Origin: Chiloscyllium plagiosum
Taxonomy: Eukaryota
Direction: 5' to 3'
NCBI RefSeq assembly: GCF_004010195.1
Contig: NC_057759.1
Location: 4,268,301-4,311,215, forward strand
Length of the DNA: 42,915 bases
Under the pieces are notes generated by a model. That model worked only from the letters and a program-made list of their open reading frames with translations, ran no database searches and was not told the DNA's origin. The position numbers were made by a program, and so were the translations under genes. Position 1 is the first letter of the stretch, and the number at the start of each line of letters is the position of its first letter. Below, in pieces: positions 23,225 through 35,240 of the stretch.

Positions 23225-23625
23225 CTAGGCGGATAGGCTGGGAAATGTTTCACTGGAGCATAGGAGGTTGAGAGGTGACCTTGTAGAGGACTATAAAATC
23301 ATGAGAGGTATAGATGGGGTAAACAGCAAGTGTCTTTTCCCTAGGGCGGGGGTTTCACGATTAGGGAGCAAATGTTGAAGGTGAGAGAAGAAAGATTTTT
23401 TCAAAAGAACGAGGATCACTTTTTTTTAAGAAAGCAGTTTCTATGTGGAATGAATATCCAGAGGAAGTGGTGGATTCAGGTACTGTGACAACGTTTAAAA
23501 GACATTTGCATAAATTCATAAATCAGAAAGGTTCACAGGGATATGGGCCAAATACTAGCAAGTGGGACTAGATTAATTTGAGAACATAGTCAGCATGGAC
23601 GAGATGGACTGCATTTGCCATGTGT
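23225..23625 (+). mobile_element. HER1/CR1 3' end
   Basis: gaggtgaccttgtagagg...tggaatgaatatccagaggaagtggtgg and UTR. Confidence 0.85.
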
Positions 23626-24129
23626 TTGCCAATTGAGACCCAGACCTTTCCAGAGTCTGTCCCCTCCCTAGATTCACTCCCTTTCCTTTCAGTTCCTGCA
23701 AGTCAACAATTGAATCCCAGAATGAAACAAAGAAATGGAAAACGCGGTAAGAAAAGAGTGCTGTACGAACAGATGTTGAACAGAGGAAAGAAGTTGCAGT
23801 TTGGGGTGAAACCCAATCTTCATTCAGAGAGAGGAGCAGCAACTTCCGAAGCTCATGGTCCAATGTCTGCATTCAGACAAAAGGAGGGTTGTGACTGGCA
23901 GGAGGACCACACTCCTTCCAATTGTCCAGGGCTCCTCATTGGTCCATTAAAAAATGTTGCAGGCCGTTTCCGCGGTGAGCGAGGAGCATGCGCATTATTT
24001 TGCTGACACCGATGAACATTCACAGAGCTTGCAGACACCGAGGAGCATGTGCAGTATGCAGTGCGAAGATGCTGGTGCTACTGACAAATTTAAAGTGCCT
24101 AAATGCCAATCGTTTAAAAAAAGGCTGCA

Positions 24130-24629
24130 NNNNNNNNNNNNNNNNNNNNNNNNNNNNNNNNNNNNNNNNNNNNNNNNNNNNNNNNNNNNNNNNNNNNNNN
24201 NNNNNNNNNNNNNNNNNNNNNNNNNNNNNNNNNNNNNNNNNNNNNNNNNNNNNNNNNNNNNNNNNNNNNNNNNNNNNNNNNNNNNNNNNNNNNNNNNNNN
24301 NNNNNNNNNNNNNNNNNNNNNNNNNNNNNNNNNNNNNNNNNNNNNNNNNNNNNNNNNNNNNNNNNNNNNNNNNNNNNNNNNNNNNNNNNNNNNNNNNNNN
24401 NNNNNNNNNNNNNNNNNNNNNNNNNNNNNNNNNNNNNNNNNNNNNNNNNNNNNNNNNNNNNNNNNNNNNNNNNNNNNNNNNNNNNNNNNNNNNNNNNNNN
24501 NNNNNNNNNNNNNNNNNNNNNNNNNNNNNNNNNNNNNNNNNNNNNNNNNNNNNNNNNNNNNNNNNNNNNNNNNNNNNNNNNNNNNNNNNNNNNNNNNNNN
24601 NNNNNNNNNNNNNNNNNNNNNNNNNNNNN
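24130..24629. other. Assembly gap (500 N)
   Basis: N run. Confidence 1.
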
Positions 24630-25570
24630 CTCTGGTTGAGATCATTTTAAGAGGGTCGGTGTGGACTTGCAGGGCTAAAGGTCCTGTTCCAAAACTGTAT
24701 GCATTCTAATTCTAACTAAAAGACTAACCCTGAAAGTTTCTGCTAGATGAGTTATTAATGACTAATAAATTTATATTTAATCTCTCCCAATCAGTTTCTG
24801 ATTTGATAATGCATGAATGCATTTATCAATCTGAATCTGTCATTCTTTGTAATATGAATATGTGAGTAGAGTTACTATTCTATGCCTGGAGACATAGGAG
24901 TGGAGGCTAGGAAACTTGGGGAATTAAATATTGACATCATGAAAACAGTTCACATGCCAAAAGAAGAGGTGTTTTTTAGATTAGATTAGATTACATTACA
25001 GTGTTGAAACAGGCCTTCGGCCCAACAAGTCCACACCGAGCCGCCGAAGGGCAACCCACCCATACCCCTACATTTACCCCTTACCTAACACTATGGGCAA
25101 TTTAGCATGGCCTGACCTGCACATCTTTGGACTGTGGGAGGAAACCGGAGCACCCAGAGGAAACCCACGCGGGCACGGGGAGAACGTGCAAACTCCACAC
25201 AGTCAGTCGCCTGAGGCGGGAATTGAACCCAGGTCTCTGGCGCTGTGAGGCAGCAGTGCTAACCACTGTGCCACCGTGCCACCCGTGTTAGAGACGTTAA
25301 AAAAAAATAAAGGTGTCTCAAACTCTTGGACCTGATCAAGTATATCTCATGATGTTGTAGGAAGCTGTATTAATAATTTGAATTAATGATATTATTTTTT
25401 CATATTGATATTGTGTGCTCAGTAATGATTCCCTACTTGTCACATATGGCTGCTGAAATTATGTAAAAGCACGATGTCATTGTTTATCCGGTTTGTAACA
25501 TTTAAAATGTAAATTGGATTTAGTACACCAATTGCCTACTTTAGACAACCAGTCAACTTCAAAAATGCTG
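24630..25570 (+). repeat. Left arm of ~0.9 kb inverted duplication
   Basis: Reverse complement of 36911-37816. Confidence 0.95.
24976..25284 (-). mobile_element. HE1 V-SINE within the left arm
   Basis: Full head, core and tail. Confidence 0.93.
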
Positions 25571-25673
25571 GGGACTCGATTTAATTTGTAGTGGATGACA
25601 GATTTTAGTGTCATGTATGCTGCAGACAGAAACCTTGTGATGTATTGTATGCCACAACAAGAGACCCCAGCTG

Positions 25674-25975
25674 TTTTTGTTTATTCACTCCTGGAACGTG
25701 GATGTCGCTGGCTGAGCCTACCATTTATTCTCCATTCCTTTAAGAAGGCGGTGGTGTGCAACCTTCTGGAACAGCCGTTGTCCATGTGCTGCCCACAATG
25801 CCACGAACAGGGAATTCCAGGGTCTTGATCCAGTGACAGTGAAAGAAAGCGGTTTTATTTCCAAGTCAGTATCGTGAGTGCCTTGGAGGGGAACTTGTCC
25901 GATATCAAGGCGGTGTTCCCTGACATCAGCTGCTTTAATTCGTTTTAGATGGAAGTAGTCGCGATTTGGAAGGTC
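25674..25975 (-). mobile_element. 3' end of a different LINE family (CR1/L2 group)
   Basis: Minus strand reads ...ttcactgtcactggatcaagaccctggaattccct..., a decayed LINE C-terminal W-N-S-L-type motif, followed by UTR. Confidence 0.6.
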
Positions 25976-26009
25976 CTCCTTTTACAAATTACAAAACTCG
26001 AATCTCTTT

Positions 26010-29000
26010 GTCAGACAGACGTCTCTCCGGCCGACAGCGAGAAATCAGAATAGCGTGTTGCCTCCCTGGTGCCAAGATCAAGGATATCTTGGACAGAGTA
26101 CACAATATTCACAAAATTGAGAGGGACCAGCCAGAGTAAACACTGGAACCAACTACATAGGAAGGGGAAAGGATTAGATTCCGAAGGAAGAATAAGGAAG
26201 AGGCAAGAATTTAGAAAGGAGGTCCTCTCCGGTAGTAACATGTAGATTACTCCCACTGCTCCGAGCGAGTGAGGGTAGCAGTAGGATGATAGAGTAAAGT
26301 AATGCCCAAGTCAGGAGCTGGTGCAGGGGAGAAGGGTTCACATTTTTGGATCATTGGAATCTCTTCTGGAGAAGACGTGACTTGTATAAAAAGGATGGAT
26401 TGCAGCTGAATTGGAAGGGGTCTAATATACTGGCAGGGTCATTTCCTGGAGATGCTAGGGAGGGATTAAACTAGTAAGGTGTGGGGCGGGAACCAGGGAG
26501 ATTGTGAGGAAAGAGATCGATCTGAGACTGGTATAGTTGGCAAGTCAAACAGTCAGGGCAGGAGGAACATAAGAGAATGACTTAGGATCCATAAATTAAG
26601 CTGTGTTTATTTCAATTCAAGAGGCCTAATAGGGAAGAAGGATGATCTCAGGACATGGTTAGGAAAATGGGATTGGTCTTGAGATATCATAGCAATTACA
26701 GAGACATGGTGGTTAGGAAAATGGGATTGGTCTTGGGATATCATAGCAATTACAGAGACATGGTTCGGTAATGGACACAACTGCAACTTAATGTTCCAGG
26801 AATCAAACGATGGGGAGAGGCGGGCAGCAAGAGAAAATGGGGAGTGACGTGTTTGGTAAGAGATAAGCTTACAGATATACTTAGGGAGGATTTTCCTGGG
26901 AATTATTTGGGTGGAACTGAGAAATAAGAAAAGGTTTGATCATCTTATTGGGATTGGACTGTAGACACCCCAACAATCATGAGGAAATTGAGAAACAAAT
27001 TTGTAAGGAGATCTTAGATCTGCAGGAATACTAGCGTGGTTATGGTAAGGGATTTTAACATTCCAAACATAGATTGGGACTGCCATTTTGTTAATAGTTT
27101 CAACAGAGAGGAATTCCTTAAGCGTGCACAAGAACATTTTTTGATTCAGTATGTGAAGGTACCTTCTAGCCAAGGTGCAAAGCTTGACCTATACTTGGGA
27201 TATAATGATGTGTCAGTGGGGGAGCATTTTGGGGCCAGTGACCATAATTTAAAACTGTTATTGAAAAGGATATACCAGATCTCAAAGTTAAAATTCTAAT
27301 TTGGAGGAAGGCCAATTTTGAGAGTATTATGCAAGAATCTTCAAAAGTTGAGTGACGGCAAATATTCACAGGCAAAGGGATGGCTGGAAAATGGGAAGCC
27401 TTCAACAATGAGAAAACGAGAGTCCAGAGACAGTATGTTCCTGTTAGAGTGAAAGGCATGACTGGTAAGTGTAGGAAATGCTGGATGAGAAAAGAAGTTG
27501 AGGTTTTGGTCCAATGAGAAGGAAGCATATATTAGTTAAATACAGCAGAGGTTGACTGAATCCTTCAAAAAGTATAAAGGCAATAGGGAAAAACTTAAGA
27601 TGGAAATCAGGAGGGCAAAAATGGAACATAAAATACCATTGGCAAATATTGTTAGGGAGAATTTAAACAGATTTTATAAATACATGAAGGACAAAAGGGC
27701 CCAGCAAAGATTAGCAGGGCAGTCTTTGTGTGGAACAACAGGAAATGTGGGAGATACTAAGCAAGTTCTTACTGAGGAGAAGGAAATGGAAGATGTAGAA
27801 TGTGGGAAATAGATGGTGACAGCTTGAAAAATGTTCATAATACAGAGGAGGAGATACTGGATGGTTTTAAACATAAAGCACGTGATCAGGTGTACCCTGG
27901 AACACGGTGATAAGCTAGGGAAGTGATTGTTGGGCCCCTTGCTGAGATATTTGTACCATCAATAGTCACAGTTGAGGTGCAAAAAGACTGGAGGTTGGCC
28001 AACGTGGTGCCACTGTTTAATAATGGTGGTAAGGCAAAGCCAGGGAACTATTGAACAGTGAGCATAACATTGACAGGAGGCACACAGTTGAGGCGATTCT
28101 GAGAGACAGGATTTACATCTTTTCAAAAGGCCAGGATTATTTTAGATGTAATCAACATGGCTTTCTGCATGGGAAGTCATGTATCACGAACTCAACTAAG
28201 TTTCTTTTTTAATTGGTAAGGAAGAGGACTGATGAGGGCAAAGTGGTGGATGTGATCTATATGGCCTTCAGTAAGACATTTGACAAGGTTCCCCATGGGA
28301 AATTGGTTAGCAAGATTAGATCACATGGAATGCAGGGAGAACTCGCCATTTGGATACACAACTTGTTTGAAGGTAAAAGACAGAGGGTGGTGGTGGGGGG
28401 ATGCTTTTCAGACTGGAGGCCTGTGACAAGTGATGTGCTGCAAGAATCACTGCTGCGTCCGCTGTTTTTCATCATTTATATAAATGCTTTTAGCTTAAAA
28501 AATGACAACACCAGGTTATAGTCCAACAAGTTTATTTGGAAGTACAAGCTTTCAGAGTGCTGCTCCTCCATCAGGTGTCGATGCTCTGAATGCTTGTACT
28601 TACAAATAAACCTGTTGGAGTATAACCTGGTGTTGTGTCATTTTTAACTTTGCACACCTCAGTCCAACACTAGCACTTCCACATTATTATGAATGATTTG
28701 GATGTGCAGTTGCACCTGTTAATAAGTTTGCTGATTACACAAAAATTGGAGGTGTAGTGGCCTGCAAAGAAGGTTACCTCAGAATACAGCAGGATCTCAA
28801 TCAGTTGGGCGATTGGACCCTGGATTGGCATATTGAGATCAATTTAAATCAATATGAGGTGCAACAATTTGCAAAGGCACATCAGGGCAGGACTTACACA
28901 CTTAATATTAAGGTCCTGTGGAGTGTTGCTGAACTAAGAGACGTTGGAATGCAGATTCATTGTTGCTTGAAAGTAGAATTATAGTTAGATAGGATAGCAA

Positions 29001-29175
29001 AGAAGGCATTTATATGTTTGCCCTTACTGGTCAGAGCTTTGAGTATGTAAGTTAGGAGAACACATTGTGGGTGTACAGAATATTGTTTGTGCCACTTTTG
29101 GAATATTATGTGCAATTCTGGTTTCTCTCCCATGGAAAGGATATTGTGAAATTTGAAACGGCTATACAAGATACT
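26010..29175 (+). mobile_element. Near full-length degenerate CR1 (HER1-like) LINE: ORF1 SGNH esterase, APE endonuclease, RT
   Basis: CCLPGAKIKDI and DGLQLNWKGSNILAG (ORF1); DIIAITETW and RDFNIPNIDW (APE); VDVIYMAFSKTFDKVPH and KFADYTKIGG (RT). Many stops and frameshifts. 54-bp tandem duplication at 26657-26764. Confidence 0.92.
28487..28684. mobile_element. Penelope-derived imperfect palindromic insertion in the CR1 RT
   Basis: Arms acaacaccaggttata...cagag and ctctgaa...tataacctggtgttgt; same family as 10585-10665. Confidence 0.8.
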
Positions 29176-29539
29176 TTTTGGTCCAATGAAAAGGCCTAAA
29201 ATTTGGGAGGATATATAGTAAAAGATGTGAAGGCTGCAAACAGATCTAAATTCAGCCAATGGCAGGGAAAAGAGATTTGACTAACAAAGAGCAAATGAAG
29301 AAAACAGTAATGTTGCAGAAGCCATGAAAGAAAAAAATTGGTTGAAGCAAAAATAAATGTGTAAAGGGAGAAATAGGTTGGTAAAGAGGACCATATGTCA
29401 CTTACAACATAAAAAAGGGGAGTTTAAAATGGGGTACAAAAACGTCTCAAAAATCTCTAACATTATGTTGTTCTCTGTTCACAAATGTTCACACAACTAA
29501 CAAAGTAGTAAAGTTGGGGAGTTTACTGAGAGGGAAAAA

Positions 29540-30130
29540 CTGAATCAAATCAGTATTATTTGAGAAATGATGTTGGGAAAGTGGGTAGGATTGAAGGTTA
29601 GGAAACACCAAACCTTGATCATCTCCGTCACAGAATATTTAATGTAGTGGGCTGCGTAGTACTGGATGCAGTGGTGATTCCTGGTGAAGGGCTTTTGTCC
29701 GAAACATCGATTTTACTGCTCCTCGGATGCTGCCTGACCTGCTCTGCTTTTCCAGCACCACTCTGATCTAAACTCTGGTTTCCAGCATCTGTACTCCTCA
29801 CTTTTACCTGGATTCAGTGGTGGTCATGTTCTCTCAACTCTGCAATAATTTACACATATTGGTGGCTAGCTAGTGTAAGCAATCCAATGGAAAAGGGAGG
29901 TAGGTATAAAATTGGGAACTATAGACCAGTCAGCCTACAGGGAAAAATCAAAATGAAAGTTTCAATTGTAAAGCATTTGACACAACAGTATTCAGGATTT
30001 GCGAGAGACAGCATGAACATGAAGGGCATGTTCCAGTGCACACTGTTCTGTCTTCTAAGCTTGACAAACCGACTGGCCATCTTTGAGGATGTAAACAGTA
30101 GAGCTGATGAGAGTATAACAGTTAATGAGG
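29540..30130 (+). mobile_element. Old CR1 ORF2 fragment
   Basis: KGGRYKIGNYRPVSL motif. Confidence 0.65.
29677..29807 (+). mobile_element. Penelope pLTR fragment with decayed hammerhead and 15-bp TSD
   Basis: TSD ctggat(g/t)cagtggtg at 29662-29676 and 29808-29822; ctggtgaagggcttttgtccgaaacatc. Confidence 0.8.
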
Positions 30131-30274
30131 AGAAAAACTACAACTAACTCCCTGGACACCGCAGCAAAGGCTGAAAGGAGGAGAAATCCTCTCCTTCCAC
30201 ACTTACATTTGGTGATATTTCGGCGTGTGACTGTGTGAATGTGAATACTGTGTCAGAGAGACTGTCGGATAAGG

Positions 30275-30710
30275 GCGGACGGTTAGTCTAACGTACCTGT
30301 GTTTGTGTGCGCGCTAATATTATGATATTTCCAAGTCTCTCTTATGTAACTCAAAAGTATTTGCAATTCAGGTTATCCCTCTGCTCCCCTTCTAAACCTC
30401 AAAGGTAGAATTCAAGACAATACATTTGTTAGTTTCAAGATTTCGGTCTAAAAGTAGCGACAATGTCATCGTTCAGCTCAGAGAGCGCCATCAGTGCTGC
30501 AGCAAAATGCGTTTAACTCGACAACGGAGCCGTCAATTCGAGTGAAAACTTTTCGGCCGTAAACCTTCCCGTGTTAGGATGAGGAGCGATCGAGCCTGGT
30601 TCTCTGGAGATGCGGAATTTCAGAGGAATCGGAGAGTTTAGGCCGTTAGAGAAACACAGAGAGGCAGCAGGAGCAGGGAGCTGACGGCAGGTTGTCCCTG
30701 CGCCGTCCGC
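30275..30710 (+). promoter_or_regulatory. H1 promoter: TG box, H1/AC box, HiNF-P-like sites
   Basis: TGTGTTT 30298-30304; AAACACA 30652-30658; GCGGACGG 30275-30282; CCGTCCGC 30703-30710. CpG-rich context. Confidence 0.75.
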
Positions 30711-30806
30711 TCGCTGCCTTGAAGTTGCTCAGTGCCGCCCCCAGTAGCTTCATTGCTGACCCAGTTCAGACTGATCCAGAAAGAGATTCAGCGCAGAGTT
30801 CTCAAC

Positions 30807-31487
30807 ATGAGCGACAGTGCAGCCGCCGAAACGGCTCCTCCAGCATCCGCTCCCACCAAAGCCAAGGCTCCCAAGAAGAAGGCGGCGGCTCCCAGGAAGA
30901 AAACACCCGGTCCCGGGTTGGGAGAGCTGATTCTGAAGGTTGTCGGGGATATCAAGGATCGCAAAGGGGCGTCTCTGTCCGCTGTAAAGAAGGGGCTGGA
31001 GAGAAGAGGGATCGATGTGGGAAAGCGAAACCCACAAATCAAGATGAGTATCAGGAGGTGCCTGGCGAACGGCTCCCTTGTTCTGGTCAAGGGCCATGGC
31101 GTCTCCGGCTCCTTCAAACTCCCAAAGAATCCAGTCAAGGCAAAAGCGGGAAAGAAGGCGGGAACATTAGCGGCCGCCAAGAAACCGGCCGTGAAGAAAT
31201 CACCGGCCAAGAAGGTGACAGCCAAGAAATCTCAGGCCAAGAAGGCGACAGTCAAGAAATCCCTGGTCAAGAAAGCGACAGTCAAGAAATCCCCAGCCAA
31301 GAAAGCGAGCGGCAAGAAGGCGGCACCGCCAAAGAAAGCGGTGAGCAAAGCAGCGCCAAAGAAACGGACTCCCGTGAAGAAGGTGAAAAAGACCAAGGGC
31401 CCTAAAGCCCCCAAACCCCTCAGCAAACCGGCTAAAAGCAAGGCCAAGCCCAAAGCGAAAGTGACCAAGACAGCAGCAAAGAAATGA
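30807..31487 (+). CDS. H1: Replication-dependent linker histone H1, 226 aa, intronless
   Basis: ATG at 30807 (ctcaacATGa). MSDSAAAETAPPAS N-tail, winged-helix globular domain (GPGLGELILK...SLSAVKK...GSLVLVKGHGVSGSFKL), K/A/P-rich tail with SPAK/TPVK motifs. Downstream histone stem-loop. Confidence 0.96.
   Translation: MSDSAAAETAPPASAPTKAKAPKKKAAAPRKKTPGPGLGELILKVVGDIKDRKGASLSAVKKGLERRGIDVGKRNPQIKMSIRRCLANGSLVLVKGHGVSGSFKLPKNPVKAKAGKKAGTLAAAKKPAVKKSPAKKVTAKKSQAKKATVKKSLVKKATVKKSPAKKASGKKAAPPKKAVSKAAPKKRTPVKKVKKTKGPKAPKPLSKPAKSKAKPKAKVTKTAAKK
31194..31313 (+). repeat. 4 x 30-bp coding tandem repeat in the H1 C-terminal tail
   Basis: Units encode KKSPAKKVTA / KKSQAKKATV / KKSLVKKATV / KKSPAKKASG. 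Confidence 0.85.
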
Positions 31488-31523
31488 ACCAGTCAGTGTA
31501 ATATATAACCATCTGAACCCAAA

Positions 31524-31564
31524 GGCTCTTATCAGAGCCACCCACATCTCTCAGGAAAGAGCTG
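31524..31564 (+). terminator. Histone 3' stem-loop and histone downstream element of H1
   Basis: GGCTCT-TATC-AGAGCC at 31524-31539 flanked by CCAAA and ACCCA. AAAGAGCTG HDE at 31556-31564. Confidence 0.93.
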
Positions 31565-32059
31565 AGCCCGGATCCAATGTTCCCTGTCCCGGCGCCAAGC
31601 GCAGACCAGCTTCCATATTAATTGATCTGAATCACTCAAATACACACTTGCCATGGTTTACGAAATTGGAGACCTGAGAATAGGGAAGGTGATTTAAAAA
31701 ACAGATTAAGTGAGATTCTGCCCTTTTATCGGTGTACACTGCATTAGCCTTTAATATGTTTAAATTGGCGGGGTTGTTTAGATTGATTCACGGCCGGTAC
31801 AAGTTCGGTTGTTCAGTTTTTCTGGGCTGTTTTAAAACCCGCCTTTCCTCCTGCCTGTTACAGACAGATCAGGCAATGATCCCGCCTCCTGTCCGCGCTG
31901 ACAGTTAACTAGAATTTAAAGAATTACTATAAAATATTAAATTTTATCTTCGTTGCAGACGGATGGTGTTTTGCGTTTCAATGGTTAACTTAATCTCAAG
32001 GTTTGTGAGGATGAATTCGGCGGGAATTTTCAAACTGACCAACTGTCATTTCACGTTAC

Positions 32060-32661
<602 letters not shown>

Positions 32662-32713
32662 ACGGGGCCTGGCCGGCCCTGCACATTCACCCAGAGAGAG
32701 AGAGAAACACAAC

Positions 32714-32750
32714 GGCTCTTTTCAGAGCCACTAAACTATCCAGAGAGAGC
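32714..32750 (+). terminator. H3 stem-loop and HDE, proximal copy
   Basis: GGCTCTTTTCAGAGCC 32714-32729 followed by purine-rich CAGAGAGAGC 32741-32750. Confidence 0.93.
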
Positions 32751-32855
32751 GGGAAGCGATAGGGGACCTGAGAGCATAACAGTAATTTGCTCTTGCCGCA
32801 CTAAGTCAAATCTGTTGTTCGTAAATATACTTTGAATCTAACAGAAAAACACAAC

Positions 32856-32892
32856 GGCTCTTTTCAGAGCCACTAAACCATCCAGAGAGAGC
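32856..32892 (+). terminator. Second, distal histone stem-loop and HDE
   Basis: GGCTCTTTTCAGAGCC 32856-32871 and CAGAGAGAGC 32883-32892, 142 bp downstream of the first copy. Confidence 0.88.
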
Positions 32893-33544
32893 AGGAAACG
32901 ATGTATTAGTATTGTTATTATGAAAGGAACAAGTAAATGGAGATTGAGTGAAATATTGATTTGGAGTCAGTCAGCGACAATGAAAATACACCGACCGAGG
33001 TCTTCGGTGATCGCAGAATTTATTATAATACAATATTAGAGATTTGTAATTTTACTACACAATTAGGAATTCCCCCAACAATAGCCCTCGCTCCTCACTG
33101 TTTATCGTGGTGGTAAACATGGCTTGTGCTTGTGGAGAACATTTGGCGCCAAGAGACCAGCCGCTTTTATTTTGAATTGAAATGCCCGCCAACATGCCAG
33201 AGGAGAATACGTGAATTCGTATTCGGTGATTTGTTTTTCCCATTACAAAAACAATTCTTCATTACTCCCTTTCCTAACTTACATCTGCAAAAAAAAAATT
33301 GACTCGCCAGTGAGTCAATTTTTCGAGACAGAGTCTTTTTATTCCGAGAGAGATAGCGAGCATATTAAACACCAGTGAGTAATGCATTGCCGGGGAGTTA
33401 TTCCCATTGAGCGGCAGTGAAAAAAACATACTGAAATGTAATTTGTACATCATATATGAAGGTAGTGGAGTATTCCGGATTAAAGACCCTCTCTCCTAAT
33501 TGTCTCCCTTGGCATTCCCACCAGCTGTAACTGTATGATCATTG

Positions 33545-33716
33545 TTAAAAACCACACAACACCAGGTTATAGTCGAACAGGTTCATCACGTGGACGCTCC
33601 TTCATCACGCTCCGAAAGCTAGTGCTTTCAATTAAACCGGTTGGACTATATTCTGGTGTTGTGTGATTTTTAACTTTGTACACCCCAGTCCAACACCGGC
33701 ATCTCCAAATCATGAC
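33545..33716. mobile_element. Penelope-derived palindromic insertion
   Basis: Arms cacacaacaccagg and ctggtgttgtgtg; tgatcattg duplicated at 33536-33544 and 33724-33732. Confidence 0.8.
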
Positions 33717-34538
33717 TACTATCTGATCATTGCTGAGAAGGCAGGCGGGAAATCATCAACCGTCTTCCTTCAGATTTGGACATCCCGCCGAGACGTAGGA
33801 GTTTAATAGAAAAAATGCTTTCGTACTTCATCGTTAATTTGCTTTTAGATTACTAAAGTACAGTTCACACAGTCTCTCTTTAGGAGGAGTGAACACATGA
33901 GCTGTTTGAAGGATCCGAGATGCTCTTTGGAGGGGAGGTTCAGACTCGATGGGCCGAATGCCCTCATTAAGCCCTGTCAGGATTTCATGAACGTTCTTCG
34001 CCGTGAGCGCATTGATAACGAACACCGCCTGAGGTATTATTTTAATATCGTACTCCCTTGTTGCAAAAGCTCCACATTAACAATTCCAGTCAGGCAACTG
34101 TTCTGGTTGGATCTCGGTTCATTTTGAACTGTATCTACCCGTGGGTCTGTAAGAAAAAGGGAACTTATTTTGTTTCCCAATGATGAAACTCAGGGCTTAC
34201 GCCCCAACCGGGGCTTGTGGCTTCCGGAATAATCAAATAGAGAGTAACTTGAGCAAATAGCAGAAAAAAGATTAATATGTTCCCAAGAGGCAGAGAAGAG
34301 AGGGCACGTTCTCTTCTCTCGAAGCCAGCGCCAAATCATAATCAGCTTTCTTTCCAATTTGAAAAGCCCGCCGATTCACAAGTAACGGAGTATGTTTTCC
34401 ATAAAAGAATCCTGTATAAGAAGGAGGACGTTGTTCAGAGGAGAATCCACCAATACCTGTTAATTAGGTTACAAATGTATACTTCAGACAATCTCTCTCG
34501 CTCATTCATTTGCCGAACCGCATCTGTTTCTTTCTACC

Positions 34539-34974
34539 NNNNNNNNNNNNNNNNNNNNNNNNNNNNNNNNNNNNNNNNNNNNNNNNNNNNNNNNNNNNNN
34601 NNNNNNNNNNNNNNNNNNNNNNNNNNNNNNNNNNNNNNNNNNNNNNNNNNNNNNNNNNNNNNNNNNNNNNNNNNNNNNNNNNNNNNNNNNNNNNNNNNNN
34701 NNNNNNNNNNNNNNNNNNNNNNNNNNNNNNNNNNNNNNNNNNNNNNNNNNNNNNNNNNNNNNNNNNNNNNNNNNNNNNNNNNNNNNNNNNNNNNNNNNNN
34801 NNNNNNNNNNNNNNNNNNNNNNNNNNNNNNNNNNNNNNNNNNNNNNNNNNNNNNNNNNNNNNNNNNNNNNNNNNNNNNNNNNNNNNNNNNNNNNNNNNNN
34901 NNNNNNNNNNNNNNNNNNNNNNNNNNNNNNNNNNNNNNNNNNNNNNNNNNNNNNNNNNNNNNNNNNNNNNNNNN
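34539..34974. other. Assembly gap (436 N)
   Basis: N run. Confidence 1.
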
Positions 34975-35240
34975 AGCATAGAGGGCATAGGTTTAAGGTG
35001 AGAGGGCAAAGATTTAAAATGACCTAAGGGACAACCTTTCATGCAAGGGTGATGTCCATATGGAATGAGCTTCCAGAGGAATTGATGATGGTTGGGAACA
35101 ATTACAACATTTAAAAGTAACCTGAATGGGTAAATGAACAGGAAGGATAAAAAGGGATATGTGCCAAATGCTAGTAAATGAGATTTGGTCAGTCTAGGGT
35201 ATCTGATCAGAGTGGACCAGTTGAATCAAAGGCTGTATGA
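34975..35240 (+). mobile_element. CR1 3' end
   Basis: gggcataggtttaaggtgagagggc...tggaatgagcttccagagg and UTR. Confidence 0.82.

Noticed and set aside
23954..24709. Long ORFs of 216-251 aa (and similar ones at 34277-35042)
   Set aside because: They read through N gaps.
30692..31547. Alternative-frame and antisense ORFs over H1, and the 25-codon upstream extension from 30732
   Set aside because: Shadows of biased H1 codon usage; the typical H1 start is the ATG at 30807.
33294..33323. 12-bp-arm hairpin aaaaattgactc / gagtcaattttt
   Set aside because: Short, partly homopolymer, no functional context.
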